A DNA stretch of 64,000 nt from Hemiscyllium ocellatum (GCF_020745735.1 NC_083417.1:15934001-15998000), one strand, 5' to 3'; counted from the first letter of the stretch, positions 53,061-64,000 are shown. Notes: a model not told the origin generated them from the sequence alone. Numbers and translations: made by a program.

Positions 53061-53311
53061 GATTTGGGGTAGAGAGAACACGCATCTGATAAAAAAAAGA
53101 GGCATAGCGAACTGAAAATGTTTACTCCTGCTTCTCTTCCCGGACATCTTGTGTTTCTCTTGCGCTTTTAAGACCATAGGAAACAGGGCCAGAAGGCCAT
53201 TCGGCCCATTGTATCTGCCTCGCCATTTACCAGGATCAGGGCTCACACGACATTCCTCACATCCACTTTCCTGCCGCTTCCCTGTAATCTTTGATGCCTG
53301 TACTGATCCAA

Positions 53312-53877
53312 GGTTAAAAATCACACAACACCATGTTACAGTCCAACAGGTTTGATTGGAAGCACTAGCTTTCAGAGTGCAGCTCCTTCATCAGGTGGTT
53401 TTGGAGTACACACCCACCTGATGAAGGAGCGTCGCTCCGAAAGCTAGTGCTTTCAATTAAACCTGTTGGACTATAACCTGGTGTTGTGTGATTTTTAACT
53501 TTGTACACCCCAGTCTCGGATTTCTCCAGTTTCCTCATTCCCCACCCCCACCTTGTCTCAGTCGAATCCTCGAACTCAGCACCTCCCTCCTAACCTGCAA
53601 TTTTCTTCCTGTCTTCTCCGCCCCCACCCCACTCCGGCCTATCACCCTCACCTTAACCTCCTTCCACCTATCACATCTCCATTGCCCCACCTCCCCCAAG
53701 TCCCTCCTCCCTGCCTTTTATCTTCGCCTGCTGGACACACTTTCCTCATTCCTGATGAAGGGCTTATGCCCGATAAGTCGAATTTCCTGATCCTTGGATG
53801 CTGCCTGACCTGCTGCGCTTTTTCAGCAACACATTTTCAGCACACCCCAGTCTAACACCGGCATCTCCAAATCATGT
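53312..53877. mobile_element. Palindromic PLE mini-element, family B, with a nested family-A pLTR (about 53517-53841)
   Basis: About 85-bp arms, 53312-53398 and 53414-53499. Outer duplication tgtac(t/g)gatcca. The nested element has duplication acaccccagtct. Confidence 0.8.
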
Positions 53878-54450
53878 ACGGATCCAGAATCTCTAGTGGC
53901 CTTTAACACACACATAAGGACTTTGTCCTTACAGCTCTCTGCGGCTAAGAGTTCCAAAAACACCCAACACTCAGGGAAGACATTTCTCTATGGCTCAGTC
54001 TTAAATCGTAATCATTTTTATTCTGAGACTATGCCCTCTGGCCCAAGACTCTCCATGAGGGGAAACATTCTCTCAGTATTAATCCTGTGAAGGCCTCTAA
54101 GGATCCTATATGTTTCAATGCCATCTCCTCTCTTTCTTTCTGTGTGTTTGCTTTTTTAAAAACAAAAGTATCATGAATGCTAAAAATCAGAATTTAAAGT
54201 GACATGTACAGCAGGTCAGATAACCTGCCACCAACGACAATTATTGGGAGCTTTCCCTCGGGGGTGGGAGATGATCTGGATTCTGGGACGAGAGTGTATT
54301 GCTGGAAAAGCACAGCAGGTCAGGCAGCATCACAGGAGCAGGGGAATCGACGTTTTGGACAAAAGCCCTTCATCAGGAATCTGGATTCTGTCCAGTTGAA
54401 TTCACACACCTGAATGTTGAGCTCAATAGATGCCCCGCCTGTATCTGTAG

Positions 54451-54704
54451 GCAAAAATGAGGACTGCAGATGCTGGAAACCAGAGTTTAGATTAGAGTGG
54501 TGCTGGAAAAGCACAGCAGGTCAGGCAGCATCACAGGAGCAGGAAAATCGACGTTTCGGGCAAAAGTCCGTCCGGATGAAGGTCTTTTGCCCGAAATGTC
54601 GATTCTCCTGCTCCTTGGATGCTGCCTGATCTGCTGTGCTTTTCCAGCACCACTCTGATCTAAAGACTGGTTTCCAGCATCTGTGAGGCTCACTATAATC
54701 TAAA
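54451..54704. mobile_element. Palindromic PLE mini-element, family A
   Basis: Arms of about 110 bp meeting at the hammerhead. Flanked by the 18-bp duplication ccccgcctgtatctgtag (54433-54450 and 54705-54722). Confidence 0.85.
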
Positions 54705-54884
54705 CCCCGCCTGTATCTGTAGCCGATTACCCCCAATGTGATTGCACAAAGGCTGGCGTGGGGCATGAGCCCCGGTTACATATACTGGGTTCTGTCCCCC
54801 TTGGGTCTCCAGTCTCCCTGGGTTTCACGTGTAGATTAGCCTTCAGTGAGCACTGATCCCAAAGGGATACTTTGGTGAGTGATT

Positions 54885-55014
54885 ATTCCTGATGAAGGGC
54901 TTATGCTCGAAACGTCGAATTCTCTATTCCTGAGATGCTGCCTGGCCTGCTGTGCTTTGACCAGCAACACATTTGCAGCTGTGATCTCCAGCATCTGCAG
55001 ACCTCATTTTTTAC
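54885..55014 (+). ncRNA. PLE pLTR with an intact minimal type I hammerhead ribozyme motif
   Basis: attc-CTGATGA-a-gggc ttat gctc-GAAAC-GTC-gaat (54885-54920): stem I attc/gaat, stem II gggc/gctc, palindromic ACGT stem III and a GUC triplet. Confidence 0.7.
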
Positions 55015-55874
55015 TCGAGTGGAACTGGAAATCCACCCAAACCGGGGTGTTTTCTTTCTCCTCCTCCCGGCCACCTTGCAGCTTTGACACCATGATGTGA
55101 ATGAGAATGTTCTGAGGAAGGGTCACTCGACCCGCAGTGTTAACTCTGATTTCTCTCCACAGATGCTGCCAGACCTGCTGAGCTTTTCCAGCAACTTCTA
55201 CTTTTGTGTCTGATTCACAGCACCCACAGTTCTTTTGTTTTTTTTATCGCGAGACCCGCGATTAGAGAGTGTCTTTTTTAAAAATCTCTTGACTGGCTCG
55301 ACTATCTCTCCCTCTAGTAGATTCCTCTCCCTCTAGTAGATTCCTCTCTCTCTGTCTGCCCCACCTCCCGAACTCATCCAGGATTTCCCACTTCCCAGGT
55401 CCAGGCGATTGCAGTGAGAGGGGACCGTTTGGCTGCCTTTTTCTGATTTGTGGCTGCCTGATGTGCAGAGGCGGGGAGGTCAGTAAGGTTATGTTTTGAG
55501 TTGCTTGCAAATATCACTTGAACCCATCCTCCCCCCGCTGCGCGACCTTCATTTCTAGAACGCTTGGGGGGCGGGGGGGAACGCTTGCTCTCTGCGTTGT
55601 CACTGGCGTCACTCAGTTTGTGTACAATCTGCTTGGATTTTTTTTCTTGGGTCTCGCTTTACCCCTCCTATGGTATATATAATGCTTGCAGCCTCGGTGA
55701 TAATCTACTAGCAACGCTGCCCACACCCCCCCCCCCCCCCCACACACACACACACAGAGATACAAAATGTGGCGGTAGCTCTTTCTACAGTGCAATTGCT
55801 GAATTTCTGCACAGATCTCGCTGTAAAACCCACCTCTTTTCATTTGGTTTGTCTCCGCTGCCAGTCTGTGTCCC

Positions 55875-56747
55875 ATGGAGACCTCCCAGCTCTTCATGCC
55901 CCGGAATTTCAGCTGCATCGCCGCTTTGTCCGGCAGTTCGGCCGAGGAGTGTGCACTGGCCGCGATGGGGGACAGCGAGAACTGCAAGCGCCAAGGCCAG
56001 GCGGACAAGCAACGCAGCCGGGACGGGACCCCCAGCAGCAGCAGCAGCAACAAGAGCTCGAGCCCCGGGCAGAGGAGGAGAGCCAAGTCGCTGCCGGCCC
56101 CCGGGGGCCGAGCGGTCACCGTCCTGACCCGGGCCAGCAGCAAGAAGGTTCGCTTCGCCGACTCGCTGGGACTGGAGCTGACCACCATCCGACACTTCTG
56201 CGACGCCGAGGTGCCCCACGTCCCTCAGAGGGTGATGGCCAGGCTGAGGGAGCAGACCCCCGAGCGCCTGCTCAGCAACAACATGATGGCCATGCTCCTG
56301 GACAGTCCCACTCGCCTCCTTGAGCCCCTCTTCAGCGACCCGGGCAGCTCGCCCGACTTCGAGGGCAGGGTCCGGCGGGACCGCGTTTGCCTGGAGAGCA
56401 TCTCCACCGACCAGTTCAGCGTGCTGGGGCTGGTCAGGGTGCTCAACATCGCCTACGAGAAGCAGGTGACGGTCAGGTACACCCTCAACCACTGGCAGTC
56501 CTACATGGACGTCGCGGCCACTTACAGCGGCCACTCTGCGGACGGCAGCACGGACACTTTCTCCTTCAAACTGGTGGCCCCCGTCTTCCTGGACACCGGA
56601 GGCACTCTCCTGTTTGCCATCCGCTACTTGGTGGCGGGCCGGGAGTACTGGGACAACAACAAGGGCTCCGACTACCTGGTAAGGAGCCACAAGTTCAAAA
56701 TCTCCCCGCCCAAGGACTGGGAAAACGGCTGGATCCACTTCATTTGA
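55875..56747 (+). CDS. PPP1R3E: Protein phosphatase 1 glycogen-targeting subunit, PPP1R3E-like (3D/3E subfamily), 290 aa, single coding exon
   Basis: PP1-binding KKVRFADSLGLEL, CBM21 motifs GLVRVLNIAYEKQVTVRY and EYWDNNKGSDY, N-terminal PRNFSCIAAL (human 3E PRNLSFIAAL), and C-terminal WIHFI* shared by 3D and 3E. Assignment to 3E rather than 3D is less certain than the family. Confidence 0.85.
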   Translation: METSQLFMPRNFSCIAALSGSSAEECALAAMGDSENCKRQGQADKQRSRDGTPSSSSSNKSSSPGQRRRAKSLPAPGGRAVTVLTRASSKKVRFADSLGLELTTIRHFCDAEVPHVPQRVMARLREQTPERLLSNNMMAMLLDSPTRLLEPLFSDPGSSPDFEGRVRRDRVCLESISTDQFSVLGLVRVLNIAYEKQVTVRYTLNHWQSYMDVAATYSGHSADGSTDTFSFKLVAPVFLDTGGTLLFAIRYLVAGREYWDNNKGSDYLVRSHKFKISPPKDWENGWIHFI

Positions 56748-58529
56748 AAGAGGGACAAGAGGATGTTGCTATCTCCACCCGAGCCTGTACCATACACCCA
56801 GCATGTCACTTGTATCGACGATGAGAAACGAGGTTCTAATTTTTGTTTCTGTTTCAAACTCTTCAACTGTTGTCACGTTAAAAATGGACTCTAATTTTCT
56901 TTTTTTTTAAAAGAACTTGTTTCATTGGGAAAATTGGTCACGGTTATTTTGGGAAATTGACTTGAGTTTGTTTTTTTGTTTAATTTGTTGGGGAAGGAAT
57001 GCCTGTGTTTCTCCAGCACTTTGTGTGTTTTATTATTGTTGCTGAAATTTATGTGACCAGGTTAGCCTCAGTAGCAATGAGCTACAGGAAACCTATGCAA
57101 ATCGAGGAACAATGTGAGATCACATCCAATCCACAGCCATAGATCGCTAGAGATGGGGTGGCTTCTGCTGCAGAAGCCATCTTAGTCGTGGGTAATATTT
57201 TTAAGTCTTTTTAAATGCACTTTGCAGTTCCAAAGTGGCACTTTCTATTGACTTGTTACATAGAGACTAATATAGCTCATTATCAAAGTGTAATAAGCGT
57301 AACAGCATTTTTAGAGGAAAAATGTGTCCTAGTAAAACATTTCTTCCACTTCTGCAAGCATGCTATAAATCACATCAACACGCATCATGGAGCTGCTTCG
57401 CTCTCTTCAGTGACTGGCAGTATTCCAGGGCAGTGACCTAAATGACCTTTTAGTATTGAGAAAGGCACTGACAAGGAGTTAGCTATAGTCCTTAGGGCTA
57501 AAGGGATCAAAAGGTATGGGGGAGAAAGTAGGGACATGGTACTAATTTGGACGATCAGCCCTGACCCTATATTGAATGATGGATCAGGCTTAAATGGCCT
57601 GCTCTTGTTTCCTATGTTTCTATAACAATGGAGGTCAAGGCAAGTTGTTTGCAATGACCTTGCGGAAGTTAGGAGAAAGGGAAGTGGTGTCAGATGTAAA
57701 TGCTTTAGATAATACTGTAAAGAATAGTCAAGTAAACTGCCAGAGAAGCAAATTGTAAAACAATTGCAACGGTTAACCTGACATTTTTCCAGTCAGATTT
57801 AGATCTGGTAAAATAAAAGTTAGGTGCTCTGATTAGTCCAAGTTCTGGGACGTTTCTATTTCTAGAAATGTTGTGATAAAGAACTTGACAGATGATATTA
57901 AGAGTTTTAGAATTAACAAAAATCAGAATACATTGGAATTATGGATTGTTGCAATAGTGTGGGGAGAGGAAGAGAACAGAAAACACTATAGTATGTGCAT
58001 CCTTTGATTAAAGTATAAATGTCTTTTCTATGGCTAGTTTTAATTCATTCTCTGTTATAATATACAAACCTTTCCTGTAAACAAATGTTTAAATCCTAAA
58101 GAAAGGAAAACATTTAAAGGCATATCAGTATTAGTTTCACACCAGAAGTAATCTCTTGTCGCAGCAGATGCTATTTCTTGTCGTGGCTTGTAAAATGGTC
58201 TTTTCCTTGCAACTTCCATGCTATGTCACTGCGTCATTGTACAAAGATAGGATGTGCACTTGTGTTTAATGAATCTCTTGGAAAATGCTGCATGTTTTAT
58301 TTTAGCCCCTATTTTGTGCTGGAATGGCCTCAGCATTGCTCCTACCTTAACCTGTAACTTGATTCCACTGTTTCAGGAAATGAGAACTGAAATAACCATC
58401 AAAACATTATGTATGCATTTATAGATGAAGGTACTTTTCTGGCGCAGCAATAGTGTCACTGCTATTCGAGTAGAAGTTCTGGGCTGAATTCCCACTTGTT
58501 GACCAAGGGAGGTGTTCTGTAGTATGAGA

Positions 58530-58757
58530 ACGTGAGGACTGCAGCTGCTGGAGATCAGAGTCAAGACTGTGGTGCTGGAAACGTACAGCAGGTCAGGCAG
58601 CATGCAAGGAGCAGGAGAATTGACATTTTGGACAAAAGCCCTTCATCAGGAATGAGAACCATTCCTGATGAAGGGCTTTTGCCTGAAACGTTGATTTTCC
58701 TGCTCCTCAGATGCTGCCTGACCGGCTGTACTTTTCCAGCATCACAGTCTCAGCTCT
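58530..58757. mobile_element. Palindromic PLE mini-element, family A
   Basis: Two pLTRs back-to-back with a hammerhead core on each strand (58621-58652 - and 58661-58695 +). Flanking duplication tctgtag(t/a)atg. Confidence 0.8.
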
Positions 58758-59939
58758 GTAGAATGGTCAGGCAATTTGATCATCAGCCTGTAAGTTCTTC
58801 CAGTGTGCCTGATGGTAGCTAGCTAGTAAGAGTCGGACCGTCTTCTGATGAATCATCTTGCAGAAGGCAAATTACTGCTGTACCTTGCTCTTAAGTATGG
58901 ACAAGTCCTTAGAGATGAGAGCAGGAAAATGGTAGCAAGAGACTTAAGTCGAAACAAGTAGCAATTCTTTCAAAAGAAATCTGCATAAAACCATGTTAAT
59001 TTGGCCAACTTCTGTGAGGAATCTCTGACCTGCTATATGTCAATCATGAATATTGTGATGCATAGCAAGGTGATAGTGTGCTGACTGAGTCCCTCATTTT
59101 ATGTTGTAAATGTGATATAACTCAAAATGAAAACAATACCCATGTAGTTGAGAGGCAAAAGCAAATAAGCTTAGATCATATATGCAGAAAGTACTGGAAA
59201 AGCTCACCAGGTCTGGCAGCATCAGTGGAGCGAGAAAAGCAAAATTAATGATTTGAATCAAAATGAAGATACACTGTATAACTTGTTGAGTTTTCCAGCA
59301 TTATCTGGTTTTATTTTGGATTTTCAGCATCCAGAGTATTTGTGTTCATTCAGCCAAGCTTATTCTCAGTTTGCTTTCAGTGCTGCTCTTCATTGGCTGT
59401 GAGGTAATGGTGCTAGATTAGTTCTCAGGGTGTTGGTTTGAATCCCACCATGACAGGTGGTGGAGTTTGAATTCAATTAAAATCGGGATTTGAAAAAAGC
59501 CAGTCTAACATCGCATCCAACCATTGTCAATTGTTGTAAAAGCCATCTGGTTCACTAAAGTCCTTTAAGGAATTGAATTTGCCCTCCTTACCTGATCAGG
59601 CCTACATGCAACTCCAGACCCACAATGTTGACTCTTAACTACTCTCTAGAAAGTTTAGGGCTGAGCAATAAGTACTGGCTTAGTCTGCGATGCCCTTATC
59701 GCATGAGAAAATAAAGGAGATAAGAAGAAGAAGATGGTTTGTCTTACCTCCATTCACCCTCCCTATCCTCAAGGCAAATGTTCCACTTGGTGTTTCCTGT
59801 CCTTTTACTTTTTTTTGTGAGCAATATGTGAATCACAAGGATTTTAAGGTGCAATGTCAGGCTCACAACCATGTTTAACAAAATGGTGCTTGCATTACTG
59901 AACTGGATGATGCCTTGTTAAACACTGTAAAATTCATCT

Positions 59940-60302
59940 TTGGCACGGTGTCTCAGTGGTCAGCACTGCTGCCTCGCAGCGCCTGGGACCTGGGTTTGGT
60001 TCCACCCTTGGGCGACTGTCTGTGTGAAGTTTGCACATTCTCCCTGTGTCTGCATATGTTTCTGCTTGGTGCCCTGTTTTCATCCCACAGTTCAAAGATG
60101 CGTAGCATAGATGGATTGGCCATGCTAAATTGGCACGTGGTGTCCAGGGATGTGCAGACAAGGTGGACTAGCCCTGGTAAATGCAGAGTTATGGGGATTG
60201 GGTGGCGGGTTTCTAGGTTTGTGTGGGATGCCCTTTAGAGGATCACTGTTGTCTTGATGGGCCAAGTTACCTCTATTCACACTGTAGGGTTTCCATGATT
60301 CT
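59940..60302 (+). mobile_element. HE1-type V-SINE, older copy
   Basis: tRNA-like head, V-domain and tail cacactgtagggtttccatgattcta. Confidence 0.8.
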
Positions 60303-62084
60303 ATATAGCAGATAAGGGACTATTCAGCAGACTTTTATATGTATAATAATCATTAGCCATAGCTGCTGGGATATCATTCCCTCAGACAAATGTCTTATAG
60401 GAAAAGGTGCAAACAATGCTAGTTATAATGCAGGGTTTAAAAGTAGAATGGGACGTATTCTTAGAGATTTTCATCAGACGTTGAATTCTGGAAACTTTTA
60501 AATAAATGCATAGATTATAATCTCGATACTAAAGCAAGAAGGTGGACAATGTTATAAACTCTACTCAAGTCCAATCTGAATTTTGACATGTAAATCTCCT
60601 TCAGAAACCTACTGCCTCCTGTTTATATCTATACCTCTTGCATTCTTGTGCATGTAATGTAACAAGTAGTTTAAAAAAATGTTTGCTTGTTTTCACCACC
60701 ACATAAAATGGGCCTGCAGGAACATTTTTGGCTTATTATCATTTACTTCTGTGCAATCTGCAGACTGACAAGGGGAAAATCAGATTGAATTCTTATTTTA
60801 AAAGAAAATTGAATTACTCAGTCCCTAAAACGTACCTTTCCAATTGAACCTTCCAAATAACCTTTACATATTAATGCCAGTATAAGTCAGGGACTTTCAT
60901 TATATGAAGAAACCAGAGATACTGGACTGTTCTTTTTTAGTGTCAAGAAGCTTAAGATGAAATTTTACAGACGTGTTGAAGCGTTGGAGGTGTTTTGATG
61001 GAGTAAGTAAGGGGAAATTGTTTCCACTGACAGAGAGGCTGGTTGATTCTCAAAGGAGACCAATTTAAGATAATTACCAAAAGTGGCAAACAGATTTTTT
61101 TTTCACATGGTGAATTATGATGATATTCTGGAAGGCACTGCCTGAAGGAAGATAGGAGCAGATTCAGTAGTAGCTTTCAAATATGAACTGGATATAAACT
61201 TGAAGGGAAGAAATTCAGTGTTATGGGAAAAGCATGAAGATTTGGATTAAGCTGACACAGACATGATGGATGAAATGGCCTTATTATAGTCATTTAAGAT
61301 ACTCTGATTCTATATTTATATCTATATTTATATCTATAATTATAAACTCTTGAATTTTAGTCACCGATTTCAAGACTGACTTTTGTGATCTATAGATGGT
61401 GTCAGCAGTGAACAGCTGATCCATTTCAACAGAATTGCTTCACTTAATCTATTTCATAAACAAAGGTTCCATTAGTGAAAAGCTAGAATACTCTTAACCT
61501 GGTGCATGTGCTTCCAATATGCAATATAGTTGCTGTCAGTGTTTGTGAGAAGCAGTGGTGTTAACTTAATATTTATGTTGGGCTTTACATTCGCTGTGAA
61601 GGTGTACTCCACATCGCTCAGCTGAAGCTTACAGACAGTTTAGCGGTCAAGGTAATTTATTGTGTTGGTTTACTTCATAAACTAATGGTAAGTGGCTTGG
61701 AGAAGAGCTTAAAGGTGGTGTTGTTTCCAGGTATCTGCTGCCCTTGTCCTTCTAGACTGAAGTGGTCGTAGGTCTGAAAGGTGCTGTCTACGGGACCCTG
61801 TTGAATTTGATCAATGCTTCATGTAGATAGCACACACAGCTGCTGTTGACGAAACTTAACTTACTGTTATGGCACTTTCCGGGATTGTTTTGCTGTGTAA
61901 TGTCAGGAATTGTTTTGAAACAATTGTTGGGAAGCAAGCCAATCTGTTTCACAGCTTTTGAGTGAAGAAATTGACTATTGCATCCATTGCTGCTGCTCCC
62001 CTCCCCAAATAAATCCATTCTGGAACGTTTGCGTTCTTAAAACTATGTGAGTTTGTTTTAAAATGTAGCCTTTGTGAATTTTGT

Positions 62085-62290
62085 CAGAAGTCACACATGA
62101 TGCCAGGTAATAGTGCAACAGGTTTATTTGAAATCACAAGCTTTCGAACCGCTGCCCCTTTGTCAGTCACCCGACAAAGGAGTAGCGGTCCAAAGCTTGT
62201 GATTTCAAATCAAGCTGTCGGACCAAAACCTGGTATCATGTGACTTTTGATTTGTCCACCCCAGTCCAACACCAGCACCTCCACATCATG
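62085..62290. mobile_element. Palindromic PLE mini-element, family B variant
   Basis: About 80-bp inverted arms with decayed hammerhead cores. Flanked by the 12-bp duplication tgtgaattttgt (62073-62084 and 62289-62300). Confidence 0.75.
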
Positions 62291-62524
62291 TGAATTTTGT
62301 GTCTTGAGTCAGAACCTGAAGTACCAAAATCCAGACTGTAACACTGGTGAAGTAATGAGGGAGTGCTAAACTGTTGGTTAAGTGTTAAATTCTCACGGTT
62401 GTTACATTCTCATAGTATATTTATGTTTGTTACTCATTCATGGTATATGACTCCGCTGGCTGGGCCAGCATTTATTGCCCATCCCCTATTGTCCTTAATG
62501 AGGTGGTGGTGAGCTGTTTTGTTT

Positions 62525-62826
62525 ATAATTACTTACAGTGTGGAAACAGGCCCTTTGGCCCAACAAGTCCACACCGACCCGCTAAAGCAGGAACCACCCA
62601 TACATTTACCCCTTCATCTAACACTGTGGGCAATTTAGCATGACCAATTCACCTGACTTGCACATCTTTGGATTGTGGGAGGAAACCGGAGCACCTGGAG
62701 GAAACCCATGCAGACACGGGAAGAATGTGCAAACTCCACACAGTCAATTGCCTGAGGCGAGAATTGAACCTGCGTCTCTGGCACTGTGAGGCAGCAGTGC
62801 TAACCACTGTGCCACCGTGCCGCCCA
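62525..62826 (-). mobile_element. HE1 V-SINE
   Basis: Reverse complement of the HE1 head, V-domain and tail. Confidence 0.9.
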
Positions 62827-64000
62827 CTGCAGTCACTGCAGTCCCTTAGGGGTAGGTATCCCTACTGGCTTGTAGGGGAACTTGCAGATGGTGGCGTTCC
62901 ATCTACCTCCTGCCCTTTTCCTTGTTCTAGATGGAAGTGGTTGTAGATTTGGAAGGAGCTACCTAAGAAGCCTTGGTGAATTTCTGCAGTGCATCTTGTA
63001 GATAGTCTACACTACTGCTACTAAGTATTGATGGTGGAGGGAGAGAAAGCTTGTGGATGTGGTGACAATCAAACAGGCTGCTTTGTCACCTGGATGGTGT
63101 CAAACTTCTTGAGTGTTGTTGGAACTGCACCCATCCAGGCAATTGGAGAGTATTTTATCAAACTCCTGATTTGTTACTTGTTGATGGCATCAAGGGGTCA
63201 AAAGGTGAGTTATCCAGTGCAGGGGTCATCGCTTCTGACCTGCTCATGTCGCCACTTTTCATACAGCTTATCCAGTTTAGTTTCTGGTCAGTGGCAATGC
63301 CCAGGATGTTGATAGTGGAGGATTCAGTAATGGTAGTGCCATTGAATGTCAAGAGGCTTAGTTAAAAGTTTTGCTTTTTGGAGATGGTCATTACCTGACA
63401 CTCTGTGATGGAAATGTTACTTGATACTTGTCAGCTGAAGCCTGGATACCTGGGTAAGCACTAGCTGTTGGAGCGCTGCTCCTTCATCAGTTGGTTGTGA
63501 CTCATCCAAAAGCCAGTGCTTTCAGATAAACCTGTTAGACTATAACCTGGCATTGTGTGATTTTTAATTTTGAAGAAGAGCAGTCAGCTTATCCTGGTGT
63601 TCTGGCCAGTGTGTATCTCAGTCAACAGCACAAACAGATTTTGTAGTCAATGTTCTAGTGCTGTTTGTAGAAGCTTGCTGGCTGCAAATTGCCTGCGAAA
63701 GTTCCTAATTCTCATGAGTACCTCATTGGCCATAAAGTGCTTTGAAACATCAGGTGGTCATGGAAAGTGCTAAATCTTACATAGAAAAATAAGTATTCAA
63801 ATGTTTAGCAGCTGTCATAAGATTTCATCCCACTGTTGTGAAGTATGCAAAAGGGAAGCCCACAAATCTATTTTCTGTGTATTACCTAGCACTTACTATG
63901 TTTAAATTGGAATAAAAAATGATCAGCACAGATCATTTTAATCTCAGGCAGAAGTAGGTACTGCAGATGCTGGATATTTTACTCAAGATTAGAGTAGTGC

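Noticed and set aside
55306-55343. 19-bp tandem duplication (ctctccctctagtagattc x2) and poly-C/(CA)n at 55725-55756
   Set aside because: Ordinary slippage repeats with no spacer-repeat array structure.
55613-56824. Long overlapping and antisense ORFs (317, 191, 184, 145 aa) over the PPP1R3E-like CDS
   Set aside because: Expected from high GC3 codon bias. No independent protein signal.

Overview
Vertebrate nuclear DNA, almost certainly an elasmobranch (shark): it carries HE1 V-SINEs, SacSINE1-type DeuSINEs, HER1/CR1 LINEs and Penelope-like elements (PLEs). Three protein-coding genes are supported. (1) A C16orf46 homologue on the - strand has coding exons at 19979-19761 and 4565-3558 (408 aa). 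(2) An intronless MPLKIP/TTDN1 homologue (25400-26005, +) lies head-to-head with it across a CpG island carrying an RFX X-box and an ETS-CRE motif. (3) An intronless glycogen-targeting PP1 subunit of the PPP1R3E/3D type lies at 55875-56747 (+). The rest is mostly decayed repeats: CR1, RTE, Rex/Babar, PLE, a pogo remnant, solo LTRs and SINEs. The most interesting non-genic signal is a large population of short PLE-derived elements. They fall into three sequence families that share one minimal, dimer-type hammerhead ribozyme fold. Many are fold-back palindromes with 11-19 bp target duplications and junction microhomology. There are also three short templated duplications of nearby DNA at retroelement junctions: an MPLKIP coding fragment, a 95-bp host segment, and a tRNA-Gly/CR1 chimera present as an inverted pair. 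Repeat boundaries are approximate, read by eye, and family names come from recalled consensus sequences rather than a database search.
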